Positions 49,052 to 59,937 of a stretch of DNA of 64,000 nucleotides are shown here, in pieces. Position 1 is the stretch's first letter. Every line of letters starts with the position of its first letter. Position numbers and translations under genes: made by a program. The stretch is taken from NCBI GenBank assembly GCA_965662335.1, contig CBFIGQ010000047.1, positions 13,131 through 77,130 of the forward strand, given 5' to 3'. The DNA comes from Minisyncoccia bacterium (GTDB lineage Bacteria > Patescibacteriota > Minisyncoccia > Phycocordibacterales > UBA9973). The notes under the pieces were generated by a model that saw only the letters and a list, made by a program, of their open reading frames with translations, searched no databases and was not told the origin of the DNA.

Positions 49052-49972
49052 TTGTTCTTTATGGCAAACCGGCACCTTTCTAGATCTATAGTCCTCCAGG
49101 CCCTCTTTGAGTGGGACTTTGCCGGCATGCCCGAAGATCTCAAAGGTATTATCGACCGTGATATTGCTGAGTTTGCTCCTGGACATAGTGATAATGCTTT
49201 TATTTACACTCTTGCCGAGCTCGTCCAGCGCAAGCAGACAGTTATCGACGATATTCTCTCAAAGGCAGCGCCCGAGTGGCCACTGCCAAAAATTTCAAAT
49301 GTCGATCGTAATATATTGCGCATGGGGCTCGCCGAGCTATTGTTTGGTGACCGTGAGCAGGTGCCGCCAAAGGTTGCTATTAACGAGGCGATAGAGCTTG
49401 CAAAAAACTTTGGAGGAGAAAACTCTGGAAAGTTTGTAAACGGAGTACTGGGCGCGGTGTACAAAGAGATCGGTGAGCCGGGCAAGGATCAGATCTCAAA
49501 ACCACGAGCTCAAAAAGAAAAAGTCCCAGAGGAACCTATCGACATATCAAAGCTTCCTGTTGAAGCAAAAGGAGGTGGTATCGTGCATGCACGCGAGGAC
49601 GGGGTGGACTATGTAGCGCTCGTGCATGATGTCTTTGGATACTGGACACTACCAAAAGGAGGTATGGAAGAAGGTGAGACTATAGATCAGACCGCAAAGC
49701 GAGAGATCGAAGAGAAGCTCGGCATACCAGTTGAGCTTGGTCCAGAAATAGGAGCTATTGAGTATGTTGCGTCTCATCCTGAAAAAGGGAAGCTGCTTAA
49801 AAAAGTCGTCTTTTATCTGGCGGAGGCGAAGTACCAGGCGCTTGATCTCCATACCAACGGAGGGCTCGATAAGGCAGAGTGGTTCCAGCTCCATGAGGTG
49901 GTTGACCTTACGGTATACGATGATATATTACCTCTTATCGCAAAGGCGATTGAAAAAATTACTACTAAATAA
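49052..49972 (+). CDS. nusB: NusB antitermination factor fused to a C-terminal NUDIX hydrolase domain
   Basis: N-terminal ~145 aa NusB fold (RSIVLQALFEWDF...AINEAIELAKNFGGENSGKFVNGVLGAV); C-terminal Nudix box GYWTLPKGGMEEGETIDQTAKREIEEKLG. Confidence 0.8.
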   Translation: MFFMANRHLSRSIVLQALFEWDFAGMPEDLKGIIDRDIAEFAPGHSDNAFIYTLAELVQRKQTVIDDILSKAAPEWPLPKISNVDRNILRMGLAELLFGDREQVPPKVAINEAIELAKNFGGENSGKFVNGVLGAVYKEIGEPGKDQISKPRAQKEKVPEEPIDISKLPVEAKGGGIVHAREDGVDYVALVHDVFGYWTLPKGGMEEGETIDQTAKREIEEKLGIPVELGPEIGAIEYVASHPEKGKLLKKVVFYLAEAKYQALDLHTNGGLDKAEWFQLHEVVDLTVYDDILPLIAKAIEKITTK

Positions 49973-50039
49973 TCTATGGAGTGCATAGATTGCGGACTAC
50001 CATATAGCCTGTAACCTATACGCTCTAGCTACAACAACT

Positions 50040-50732
50040 ATGAAAGACTTTACATCATTTGAGAAGTCACTCGGCATTACCTTTGCCAACAAAGAACTTC
50101 TCACGCACGCATTTATTCACCGCTCATATATCAACGAAAATCCGAAATCAGGCTTTCAGCACAACGAACGACTTGAGTTTCTCGGTGACGCAGTGATAGA
50201 ACTGGTTGTGACGGATTATCTGTACAATCAGTATCCTAATCATCACGAAGGAGATCTTACTGCATACCGCTCTGCACTCGTAAATGCAGTTATTATGGGA
50301 GAGGTTGCACAGTCACTGGGCATGAACGAGTACCTTCTTCTTTCAAAGGGTGAACAAAAGGATACAGGGAGGGCTCGTCAGACCATCCTTGCAAATACCT
50401 ATGAGTCATTTGTTGGGGCACTCTACCTTGATCAGGGATATGCATCGTGTGACACATTTGTAACCAAAACGCTTCTTAGTAAGCTCGAGGATATTATTAA
50501 AAACAAATCATGGAAAGATGCAAAAAGCCTCATTCAAGAAGAAGCTCAGGAGCGAGTAGGGGTAACACCATCGTATAGGGTTGTGTCAGAAACGGGTCCG
50601 GATCATGACAAGCACTTTACTATTGGAGTATTTTTTGGAGACCTGAAAATAGCTGAAGGTAAGGGTAGAAGCAAGCAAGAAGGGGAGCAAAAAGCAGCTC
50701 TAGCAGCTCTCACCAAGAAAGGCTGGCTCTAA
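50040..50732 (+). CDS. rnc: Ribonuclease III
   Basis: ERLEFLGDAV signature plus C-terminal dsRBD. Confidence 0.9.
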   Translation: MKDFTSFEKSLGITFANKELLTHAFIHRSYINENPKSGFQHNERLEFLGDAVIELVVTDYLYNQYPNHHEGDLTAYRSALVNAVIMGEVAQSLGMNEYLLLSKGEQKDTGRARQTILANTYESFVGALYLDQGYASCDTFVTKTLLSKLEDIIKNKSWKDAKSLIQEEAQERVGVTPSYRVVSETGPDHDKHFTIGVFFGDLKIAEGKGRSKQEGEQKAALAALTKKGWL

Positions 50733-50811
50733 CACCGCCCCGTAGATAATACTTGACTTTTCCATATATTTGGTGTATAATATAGCCAAGTAAACATTAT
50801 AAATTATATAT

Positions 50812-51255
50812 ATGAAAAAGTTCTTTGTAATTGCATGTATTGTTTGCATTTCGATAGCGAAAGCTTCTGCACAAACATATGTCATTGACCCCAAATGGGC
50901 TGAGGCAATATTTCCTGAATACACAGGAGAATGGGTTGCCCAGCATACCGATGTGCAAGTGGTAGATGAGGAATTTCAGAAAAAATTCAAAAAACAATTG
51001 AAATCTGAATATTTCTTCTACAACACAAACTCCATGGGTAAAATCAGGCTTGGCGATACAGTGTTTATATTTCAAAACACTATTTACTACTCCATGCATG
51101 ACCAGTCATACGTAGATACAAAAAAGGCGTATGAAGAAAATTTGAGAAAAGCAAATGTGGTCAGAAAGCCCAAAGGCCATAAGGCAGGAGGAGCACTCCT
51201 CGCAATCGGTACCGGTCTTGTGCTCGGAGCAGTTGTCGGTATGTCGCAGCGATGA
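50812..51255 (+). CDS. Secreted hypothetical protein with C-terminal TM anchor
   Basis: Signal peptide MKKFFVIACIVCISIAKASA; C-terminal hydrophobic helix. Confidence 0.45.
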   Translation: MKKFFVIACIVCISIAKASAQTYVIDPKWAEAIFPEYTGEWVAQHTDVQVVDEEFQKKFKKQLKSEYFFYNTNSMGKIRLGDTVFIFQNTIYYSMHDQSYVDTKKAYEENLRKANVVRKPKGHKAGGALLAIGTGLVLGAVVGMSQR

Positions 51256-51271
51256 TACTAAAAAACTATGA

Positions 51272-51300
51272 AAGCATCCCAAAAAGGGATGCTTTTTTAT
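51272..51300 (+). terminator. Intrinsic terminator
   Basis: agcatccc-aaaaa-gggatgc followed by T6. Confidence 0.85.
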
Positions 51301-51328
51301 TTGCTTAAAATGCTATACTTTTTCTATT

Positions 51329-53548
51329 ATGCGTCTCAAGCATATCGAAATCAGCGGCTTCAAATCATTTGCAAAGAAAAGCACGCTCTCCTTTACTGCG
51401 CCCGTCACCGCAGTTGTCGGGCCCAATGGGTCAGGCAAAAGTAACGTCGTCGAGGCATTTCGCTTTGTACTTGGAGAGCAATCTATGAAAAGCATGCGCG
51501 GTAAAAGCGGGGCTGATCTTATATTTAGAGGTTCGAGTGGTACTGCCAAGCTTTCACGTGCTGCGGTGAGTATCACGTTTGATAATAGCGACAAGGTATT
51601 TGCATTTCAAGGTGATTCTTCGAATACTCCTGTGCTCTTTGATACCATAACCTTCACTCGCGAGCTCTATGCCGATGGTACCAGTAAATATCTCTTGAAT
51701 GGCACCGAGATACGACTCAAGCAAATGGTAGAGTTACTCTCATCAGTACACATAGGTGGTTCAAGTCATCACATCATTTCTCAGGGTGAAGCTGACAGTG
51801 TACTGCGTGCGAGCCCTAGAGATAGGCGAGGCATACTCGAAGAAGCGCTTGGACTCAAGGTGTATCACTATCGCATCAAGGAGAGCGAAGCAAAACTTGT
51901 AAAGAGCACAGAAACACTCAAGGAAGTTCAGTCGCTCCGTCGTGAGCTTGCCCCCCATCTTTCTTTCCTCAAGAAACAAGTAGAGAAAATAGAAAAAGGA
52001 CGGAGCTTAAGGACTGAGCTCGAAGGCCTCATGCTCTCGTATCTCTCAAGCGAATCCGCGCACCTTCATGTTGAAGACGAGCACCTGCGAAGCGCTATGA
52101 AGCTCCTTCGCGATAAAAAAAATACTCTTGAGAATGAATTAGCCAATCTTCCCGATACTGCTACTCATACTGACACAACTACACCCGAGCTTCTCAAAGA
52201 GAAACATACGCTCGAAGAAATCCAAAACGAGAGACGAAGTCTTGAGAGTCGTATTGGCCGGCTTGAGGGAATGATTGAGGTAGAACGACGTCTCAGTACG
52301 GTGCAGTCTGGCCCCATTACCTTTTCTGAAGAAGAGTATCACGCGCTCCTTGGGGATATTGAAGAAGTCATACGTACTATTAGAGAGGCGAAGAGTATGG
52401 AAGGTGTGGAGCAGGGGGTGAGACGCCTTGAGCCTATTATTACAAGACTTAAAGATCGTGAACCAAAAAAGAATGTACAGGCACCTGGAGCCCTCCACGA
52501 CATAGCACTTGAGCTAGAAGACCTGCAAAAAAAGCTTACCCTACTCATTGCTCGAGAAGCACAGAGTAAGGAGCGCATCGCCGCGATCGAGATTGCTCGA
52601 GAACAAGAGCGTGCGCAAAAAGAAGAACAACACTCCAAGCGGTATGAACTTCGCGCAGACCTCACCAATACAAATGCAGACCTCAGTATTATCGAAAGTA
52701 AGCATAGCGTATTTCTGGAACGAAAGGCGCTCTATGATAGCGAGCTCAAAGAAGCTGCGTTTCTCTTTGGTTCGCAGTTTTTGCATACTCTGAAAGAGAC
52801 AAAAGGAATGCCTGAGCTCGATCTTGTCGACATCAAGCGAACTATTGATCGCCTCAAAATCAGACTTGACGAACATACAGGTATCGGTCAGGAAGTCGTA
52901 GGAGAGTACGAATCAACGCTTCAGCGCGATGCTTTCCTCTCTCGCGAAGTTGCAGATATCGAAGGCAGTATTCGGAACCTAGAGACTCTCATCATTGACC
53001 TCAAAAAGGTACTTGATGAAAAATTTACGGGCGGCGTAACTGTTATTAATGAGCGATTTAGCGAATTCTTCAAGACTATGTTTGGAGGAGGAAGCGCATT
53101 TCTCGAAGTAACAGTGGAAAAGAAAAAGAAGCGCAAGAGTGACGAGGACTTTGACGAGGAATCCTATCAAGAGGAAGATGAGCGCTTTATGGAGCGGGGT
53201 ATAGAAGTCCATGTAAACCTTCCAGAAAAGAAAGTGAAAGAACTTACCATGCTCTCGGGTGGTGAGCGCTCGCTGGTCTCTATTGCGCTTCTCTTTGCGA
53301 TCTCTCAGGTCAACCCGCCGCCATTTTTAGTGCTTGATGAGACTGATGCGGCGCTCGATGAGGCAAACTCTCGCCGCTATGGAGACATGATTGAGCGACT
53401 TTCAGCATACTCACAGCTCATCGTGGTGACACACAACCGCGAGACTATGAGCCGTGCCCAGGTTCTCTATGGCGTAACGCTCGGTGCTGATGGAGGCTCT
53501 AAACTTCTCTCGATCAAGTTTGATGAGGCAGTAAAGGTAGCGAAGTAG
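51329..53548 (+). CDS. smc: SMC-family chromosome segregation ATPase (short, 739 aa)
   Basis: N-terminal Walker A GPNGSGKSN, coiled coil, C-terminal signature LSGGERSLVSIALLFA and Walker B LVLDETDAALD. Confidence 0.7.
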   Translation: MRLKHIEISGFKSFAKKSTLSFTAPVTAVVGPNGSGKSNVVEAFRFVLGEQSMKSMRGKSGADLIFRGSSGTAKLSRAAVSITFDNSDKVFAFQGDSSNTPVLFDTITFTRELYADGTSKYLLNGTEIRLKQMVELLSSVHIGGSSHHIISQGEADSVLRASPRDRRGILEEALGLKVYHYRIKESEAKLVKSTETLKEVQSLRRELAPHLSFLKKQVEKIEKGRSLRTELEGLMLSYLSSESAHLHVEDEHLRSAMKLLRDKKNTLENELANLPDTATHTDTTTPELLKEKHTLEEIQNERRSLESRIGRLEGMIEVERRLSTVQSGPITFSEEEYHALLGDIEEVIRTIREAKSMEGVEQGVRRLEPIITRLKDREPKKNVQAPGALHDIALELEDLQKKLTLLIAREAQSKERIAAIEIAREQERAQKEEQHSKRYELRADLTNTNADLSIIESKHSVFLERKALYDSELKEAAFLFGSQFLHTLKETKGMPELDLVDIKRTIDRLKIRLDEHTGIGQEVVGEYESTLQRDAFLSREVADIEGSIRNLETLIIDLKKVLDEKFTGGVTVINERFSEFFKTMFGGGSAFLEVTVEKKKKRKSDEDFDEESYQEEDERFMERGIEVHVNLPEKKVKELTMLSGGERSLVSIALLFAISQVNPPPFLVLDETDAALDEANSRRYGDMIERLSAYSQLIVVTHNRETMSRAQVLYGVTLGADGGSKLLSIKFDEAVKVAK

Positions 53549-53575
53549 GTCAAAATCTGATATACCTAAATAAAA

Positions 53576-53779
53576 ATGAACAGTGAACCCTTAGACATTA
53601 CTGCACTAACTGAAGAGGATAAAATATTATTACGTGAAATTAAGGAAGGGAAGCATGAGTGTAAACATTGTAAGGAGCTTGCTGCAGGTTTAAATGCTCT
53701 AAAGCAACCTGTTTGCGACATCCCAACAAATCATTCCTCAGAAGACTGTGCGGTTTACAAACCAGAAGATGTATTATAA
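53576..53779 (+). CDS. Small Cys-rich hypothetical protein
   Basis: 67 aa, CxxC...C...C pattern. Confidence 0.35.
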   Translation: MNSEPLDITALTEEDKILLREIKEGKHECKHCKELAAGLNALKQPVCDIPTNHSSEDCAVYKPEDVL

Positions 53780-53782
53780 TGC

Positions 53783-53812
53783 AGTTCCCCATTAAAGTAG
53801 GGGAACTTTTTC
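53783..53812 (+). terminator. Intrinsic terminator
   Basis: agttcccc-attaaagta-ggggaact followed by T5. Confidence 0.75.
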
Positions 53813-55120
53813 TTTTATAATATCTTCAAGCTTGATACCTCTAGAACCTTTTAGAAAAATATTTCTTTTATTAAGATCAAGGTTTCTAAACACTTCTTTT
53901 GCAGAGGCGCTATCATTAAAGAAGGTGAATGGAAATTCATCTTTGTATTGACTAAAGCGGGGCCCGACACACCATACTGTGTCATGTGTATCAGCCTGCT
54001 TCTGTAGCAGTGTAAGTATTTCTAGATGAAGGACTGATTCACTGTCGCCCATTTCTAGCATATCGCCGACAATATACAGGCGTGTTCCTGCTTGAGTGTC
54101 CTTGGTAAAATCTTGCAGAGCCAGACTCATGCTACTTGGGTTTGCATTATAACAATCAAGAATAAGCGTATACCCGTCTTTTCGTATCACCTGAGAGCGC
54201 TTTAATGAAGGCTCATATTTTAGTATTGAGTCCTGTATATCAAGCATTGGGACGTTGAAATATTCACCTAAAGCTATTGCAGCTAGGATATTTGGTTCAT
54301 TGTATGCACCAAATAGTGATGATTTGAATTCAGTATCACCATATAGTACACCTGCATAGAGAGACGATGTACTACTACTTTGTTTTGTTGGGTATAGAGT
54401 TCGATCAAGATACTGACTGTCTTCAGTTAAATCAGGAATATTTTTGTTCACAAACAAATGGGCGCCGTGTACTCGCGCCCAATCATATATTTCTTTATTT
54501 GCAGCGCGAACACCTGCAATCGAACCAAACCCTTCAAGATGGTCCATGCCATTATTGGTAACGAGAATGTGGGTAGGGTAGAGAATATTCATAAGCTCTG
54601 TGTGTTCATTGGGATGATTTGCGCCAATCTCTATCACTGCAATCTGTGTATCAAGGGGCATGGAAAGAAGAGTTTGCGGTACCCCAATACTATTATTTAG
54701 GTTTCCCTTCGTGGTGTGCACTCGATACTTTGTTGAAAGCACCGCATGTACCAGTTCCTTTGTTGTCGTTTTTCCATTTGAGCCACCAATTGCTAGTATC
54801 GGAATATCGAGTTGGGTTCGATGAAATGTTGCAAGTTCTTGAAGGGTTTTTAATGTGTCAGGCACCATAATATATCTTTCACCTATTTGATAATCGGGGT
54901 TGCTGATGATCGCATATGACGCGCCTTTTTTGATAGCTTCCTCGGCAAAAGCATTTCCATCAAAAGTATCTCCAGAGAGGGCGACAAAAAGGTCTCCTTG
55001 TTTTACGGTTCGCGTGTCAGTTGAAATCTGATAGTCTGCACGTTTGTATAATTCGTACAGCTCTTTTGTTTGCATACCTAAAGTATAGCGTATTGCCTTT
55101 TTCTTTAAAAAAGATAGCAT
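53792..55120 (-). CDS. murF: UDP-N-acetylmuramoyl-tripeptide--D-alanyl-D-alanine ligase-like Mur ligase
   Basis: Mur ligase central domain LAIGGSNGKTTTKELV, DHLEGFGS motif, C-terminal domain. Confidence 0.75.
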   Translation of the reverse strand: MLSFLKKKAIRYTLGMQTKELYELYKRADYQISTDTRTVKQGDLFVALSGDTFDGNAFAEEAIKKGASYAIISNPDYQIGERYIMVPDTLKTLQELATFHRTQLDIPILAIGGSNGKTTTKELVHAVLSTKYRVHTTKGNLNNSIGVPQTLLSMPLDTQIAVIEIGANHPNEHTELMNILYPTHILVTNNGMDHLEGFGSIAGVRAANKEIYDWARVHGAHLFVNKNIPDLTEDSQYLDRTLYPTKQSSSTSSLYAGVLYGDTEFKSSLFGAYNEPNILAAIALGEYFNVPMLDIQDSILKYEPSLKRSQVIRKDGYTLILDCYNANPSSMSLALQDFTKDTQAGTRLYIVGDMLEMGDSESVLHLEILTLLQKQADTHDTVWCVGPRFSQYKDEFPFTFFNDSASAKEVFRNLDLNKRNIFLKGSRGIKLEDIIKEKVPLL

Positions 55121-55139
55121 ATACGCAAATTATGGTTAT

Positions 55140-55595
55140 ATGTACCAGTCAGAACTACTCCGACAGAAATTAAAAAATAAGGAAATAAGGATTTCGCTTT
55201 GGTCATCTACTTTACTGGTACTTGTGATTTTAGAACAAGGAACAGAAATTCATAGAATAAAATCAGACAAAGGAATTAGGCATGTATGTATCGCGGTTGC
55301 GGCGTATTTGCTTGACGATCCACAGCTTGTTCTTTATGAAAAAAGTATCGTGTACCCACTCAGTATTGTTTCTACAAGCCCGCTTGATTATTTTTTTATA
55401 AATAGTCGATATATACGAATATATATTGTAGCGGATAGGTTTCAAATAGATGCTCATCAAGTTTCGCTACCTGAGTTTGATGCGATCCCAGGCTTGTATT
55501 ATAAGCGAGGTATAGGTAAAACATTTGGCGCAGCGCTACGAACACTCCTAAAGTCTCCGTATTACCCTGAAATTCCTGTCACTCAACCTACCTGA
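55140..55595 (+). CDS. Hypothetical protein
   Basis: 151 aa, no domain. Confidence 0.3.
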   Translation: MYQSELLRQKLKNKEIRISLWSSTLLVLVILEQGTEIHRIKSDKGIRHVCIAVAAYLLDDPQLVLYEKSIVYPLSIVSTSPLDYFFINSRYIRIYIVADRFQIDAHQVSLPEFDAIPGLYYKRGIGKTFGAALRTLLKSPYYPEIPVTQPT

Positions 55596-55626
55596 AGACC
55601 TTGTTTTGCAATAAGGTCTTTTTATT
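55594..55626 (+). terminator. Intrinsic terminator
   Basis: aagacctt-loop-aaggtctt followed by T-run. Confidence 0.7.
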
Positions 55627-55695
55627 TGACAAAAATCGAAAGGAGAGTATTATATCTTTCTTAAGTTCTTTCTTCACCCATTAAATAGTCACTGT

Positions 55696-55983
55696 ATGCC
55701 AAGATTGTTACTTGTCGTTGGGCTTATTTATTTTGGTGTAATGATGGTCAAGGGCTTTGCACGATACCATACCGACTCACCTGGAGAGAAAACCCAGTAC
55801 AAAGTCTATGGGATGCTTGTAAATGACCCAAACGAACTTCCTCCTACGCAACGAGCGATAGCTATTCGTCCTCTGTACGCAACTCGCTCAGTAGTAGCAG
55901 GGCCAAAGACTTGTAAAATGCTTCGGACAGCATTTTACCCATCATTGCACTGTCCTGAGTTGGGACTGAGCTGTATTACTTAG
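55696..55983 (+). CDS. Small membrane-anchored hypothetical protein
   Basis: N-terminal TM (LLLVVGLIYFGVMMV). Confidence 0.35.
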   Translation: MPRLLLVVGLIYFGVMMVKGFARYHTDSPGEKTQYKVYGMLVNDPNELPPTQRAIAIRPLYATRSVVAGPKTCKMLRTAFYPSLHCPELGLSCIT

Positions 55984-56009
55984 ACGAAAAGTAATATCGC
56001 TCTCAAACC

Positions 56010-56043
56010 GTCCTGGAAGTCTAAGATTTCCAGGGCTTTTTTG
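56010..56043 (+). terminator. Intrinsic terminator
   Basis: cctggaa-loop-ttccagg followed by T6. Confidence 0.8.
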
Positions 56044-56059
56044 CTGCCTGGGTACCTGC

Positions 56060-56087
56060 TTGACTTCCTACTCCTATCGACTATAAT
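56060..56087 (+). promoter_or_regulatory. Consensus sigma70 promoter for 16S rRNA
   Basis: TTGACT (56060-56065), 16-nt spacer, TATAAT (56082-56087); boxA-like ttctttaacaattgc at about 56133-56147. Confidence 0.7.
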
Positions 56088-56269
56088 AGGGGTCGCTCTC
56101 CAAACTCTCTGGAAACTCTCCGGGGATTTGAGGGCATTCTTTAACAATTGCATACATGCATTAAAAGAATGCGAGTCAACACAATCTATTTATAGAAAAT
56201 GGATAACAATAATCCAGTGACAAGGGAATCATTTTTCTCTTGTCTCGATCTAAGTCACATTTGTGACTT

Positions 56270-57880
<1,611 letters not shown>

Positions 57881-58067
57881 TGAGATAGTCTCGTATACGT
57901 CATGTATACGGATTGAAACGGTTGACTCATCTTTTTGATGAGAAGGTTGTGGTAAGTGACCTATGTACTTACTCGCTGCCCAAGCGTTAGAAAGGCAAAA
58001 ATCCTTTGCGTGAATCTATAGAGCACGGAAAGGTTAGATCGAGACAATAGAAAGATGGTACTATATC

Positions 58068-58511
58068 TTGGTGACTCGCATTCTTACTGCATGTATCGCA
58101 CTTGTCGCAATCGGAGCATTCCTTGGAATGCTCCTTTTGCGTTCTCAAGTAGTCCCGTCTATTCGTACCCGTACGACCAGTATTCCCGTGCAGCTTGCGC
58201 GTACTACGAGCGAGCTCAAGCAAGGTCTCTCTGGTACCTCGTCGCTACCAGTCGGCACCGGCATGCTCTTTATATTTGAGCACCCAGGCGGGTATGGGTT
58301 TTGGATGAAGGATATGCAGTATCCACTCGATATTGTCTGGATGGATGAGAACCTCAGAGTGGTAGAGATAACACAACATCTCACTCCCGAGACTTTTCCT
58401 GAAGTGACTTATCCACAGGTTCCGGTCAAATACGTACTCGAACTCAATGCGGACACCGCAAAACAAGGTGGTTTTGTAATAGGAGAGAAAGTAAAATTGA
58501 GGGGCTACTAG
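58068..58511 (+). CDS. DUF192 (COG1430) family protein, membrane anchored
   Basis: N-terminal TM; conserved MLFIFEHPGGYGFWMKDMQYPLDIVWMDENLRVVEI core. Confidence 0.6.
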   Translation: MVTRILTACIALVAIGAFLGMLLLRSQVVPSIRTRTTSIPVQLARTTSELKQGLSGTSSLPVGTGMLFIFEHPGGYGFWMKDMQYPLDIVWMDENLRVVEITQHLTPETFPEVTYPQVPVKYVLELNADTAKQGGFVIGEKVKLRGY

Positions 58512-58659
58512 ATTTTGTTCGAAAACGATAACAAATGCTCTGTATTTATAATGCTCATCGAACGTGGTGCTTTACAATGTATGCAAACTATTTTCTGTAG
58601 ATGAATTTCGATGCAAAAATTCTGGCGAAGCCTTCGAATTTTGTATACTTGATACATTC

Positions 58660-59931
58660 ATGTCTATCAATCAAGTACGCAAACGAAGTGGAATGGTGGT
58701 TGAGTACGACCGTGCACGCATAGAGTCTGCTATTTCTCGCGCATACCAGGCCTCAAAGGTCTTGCTTGATATTGTGTCACTCTCAGACCTTGTTGATGCA
58801 GTCGAAGTGATGATCAACGACGCTTTCCCACAAGGCCATATCCCAGAAGTTGAAGAAATCCAGAACATCGTCGAAAAGGCAATTGCTGCAAAAGGTGATT
58901 TTGAGGTTGCAAAGGCATATATTTTGTATCGTGAGGAGCGCAATAAGGAACGACGTCGTGATATCTTTAAAAAGCGTGTGTACCTCAAGCCTTATGAATA
59001 CCCCGAACTCTATGAGTACGTAAACGCTATTCGACACTCATACTGGATCCATACTGAGTTCAACTTTGTGGGCGATGTGCAAAATTTCAAGGTCAATGTT
59101 GATGAAGTAGAGCGCAGTGCGATCAAAAACTCCATGCTCGCCATCGCGCAAATCGAAGTTGCGGTTAAAACATTTTGGGGTGATATCTACAAAAAGCTCC
59201 CAAAACCAGAGATTGGAGCAGTGGGAGCGACCTTTGCTGAAAGTGAAGTGCGCCACACCGATGCGTACGCGCACCTCCTTGAAATTCTTGGACTTAATGA
59301 GGCTTTCAAATCAATCGGAGAGATTCCTGCGCTTATGAAGCGTGTGCAGTACCTAGAAAAGTCGCTTTCAAATGCACGCAGCGAAGACAATAGAGACTAC
59401 TCTCAAGCAATACTTCTATTTTCACTCTTTATAGAGCACGTATCACTTTTCTCACAGTTCTTGGTGATGATGTCGTTTAATAAGTACAAAAACCTCTTTA
59501 AAGGCATCAGTAATGCGGTCGAAGCAACGAGCAAAGAAGAGCAAATTCATGGACTCTTTGGTATTGAAGTTATCAATATTATTAAGGAAGAACACCCTGA
59601 GTGGTTTGATGATACCTTTGAGGAAGATGTTATCAAGCTGTGCGAAGAAGCATTTGAATCAGAGCAGCAAGTCGTTGAGTGGATCTTTGAAAAGGGCGAG
59701 CTCGAGTTCCTCCCCAAAGCCGTCGTCATTGAGTTCATCAAACATCGCTTTAACAATTCTCTCCAGAGTATCGGTATCCGCAAGATATTTGAGACAGACG
59801 AGTCGCTACTCAAGGAGTCGGATTGGTTCTATGATGAAGTGATTGCAACGAAACACGGTGACTTCTTCAACAAGAAATCCATCAACTACAACAAAAAGAG
59901 TAAGAGTATTACCAGCGATGATTTATTTTAA
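58660..59931 (+). CDS. nrdB: Ribonucleotide reductase small subunit (NrdB-like, ferritin-like di-metal) with N-terminal ATP-cone
   Basis: ATP-cone VRKRSGMVVEYDRARIESAISRA at N-terminus; R2 motifs FAESEVRHTDAYAHLL, FIEHVSLFSQF, SKEEQIHGLFG. Confidence 0.75.
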   Translation: MSINQVRKRSGMVVEYDRARIESAISRAYQASKVLLDIVSLSDLVDAVEVMINDAFPQGHIPEVEEIQNIVEKAIAAKGDFEVAKAYILYREERNKERRRDIFKKRVYLKPYEYPELYEYVNAIRHSYWIHTEFNFVGDVQNFKVNVDEVERSAIKNSMLAIAQIEVAVKTFWGDIYKKLPKPEIGAVGATFAESEVRHTDAYAHLLEILGLNEAFKSIGEIPALMKRVQYLEKSLSNARSEDNRDYSQAILLFSLFIEHVSLFSQFLVMMSFNKYKNLFKGISNAVEATSKEEQIHGLFGIEVINIIKEEHPEWFDDTFEEDVIKLCEEAFESEQQVVEWIFEKGELEFLPKAVVIEFIKHRFNNSLQSIGIRKIFETDESLLKESDWFYDEVIATKHGDFFNKKSINYNKKSKSITSDDLF

Positions 59932-59937
59932 AATAGT

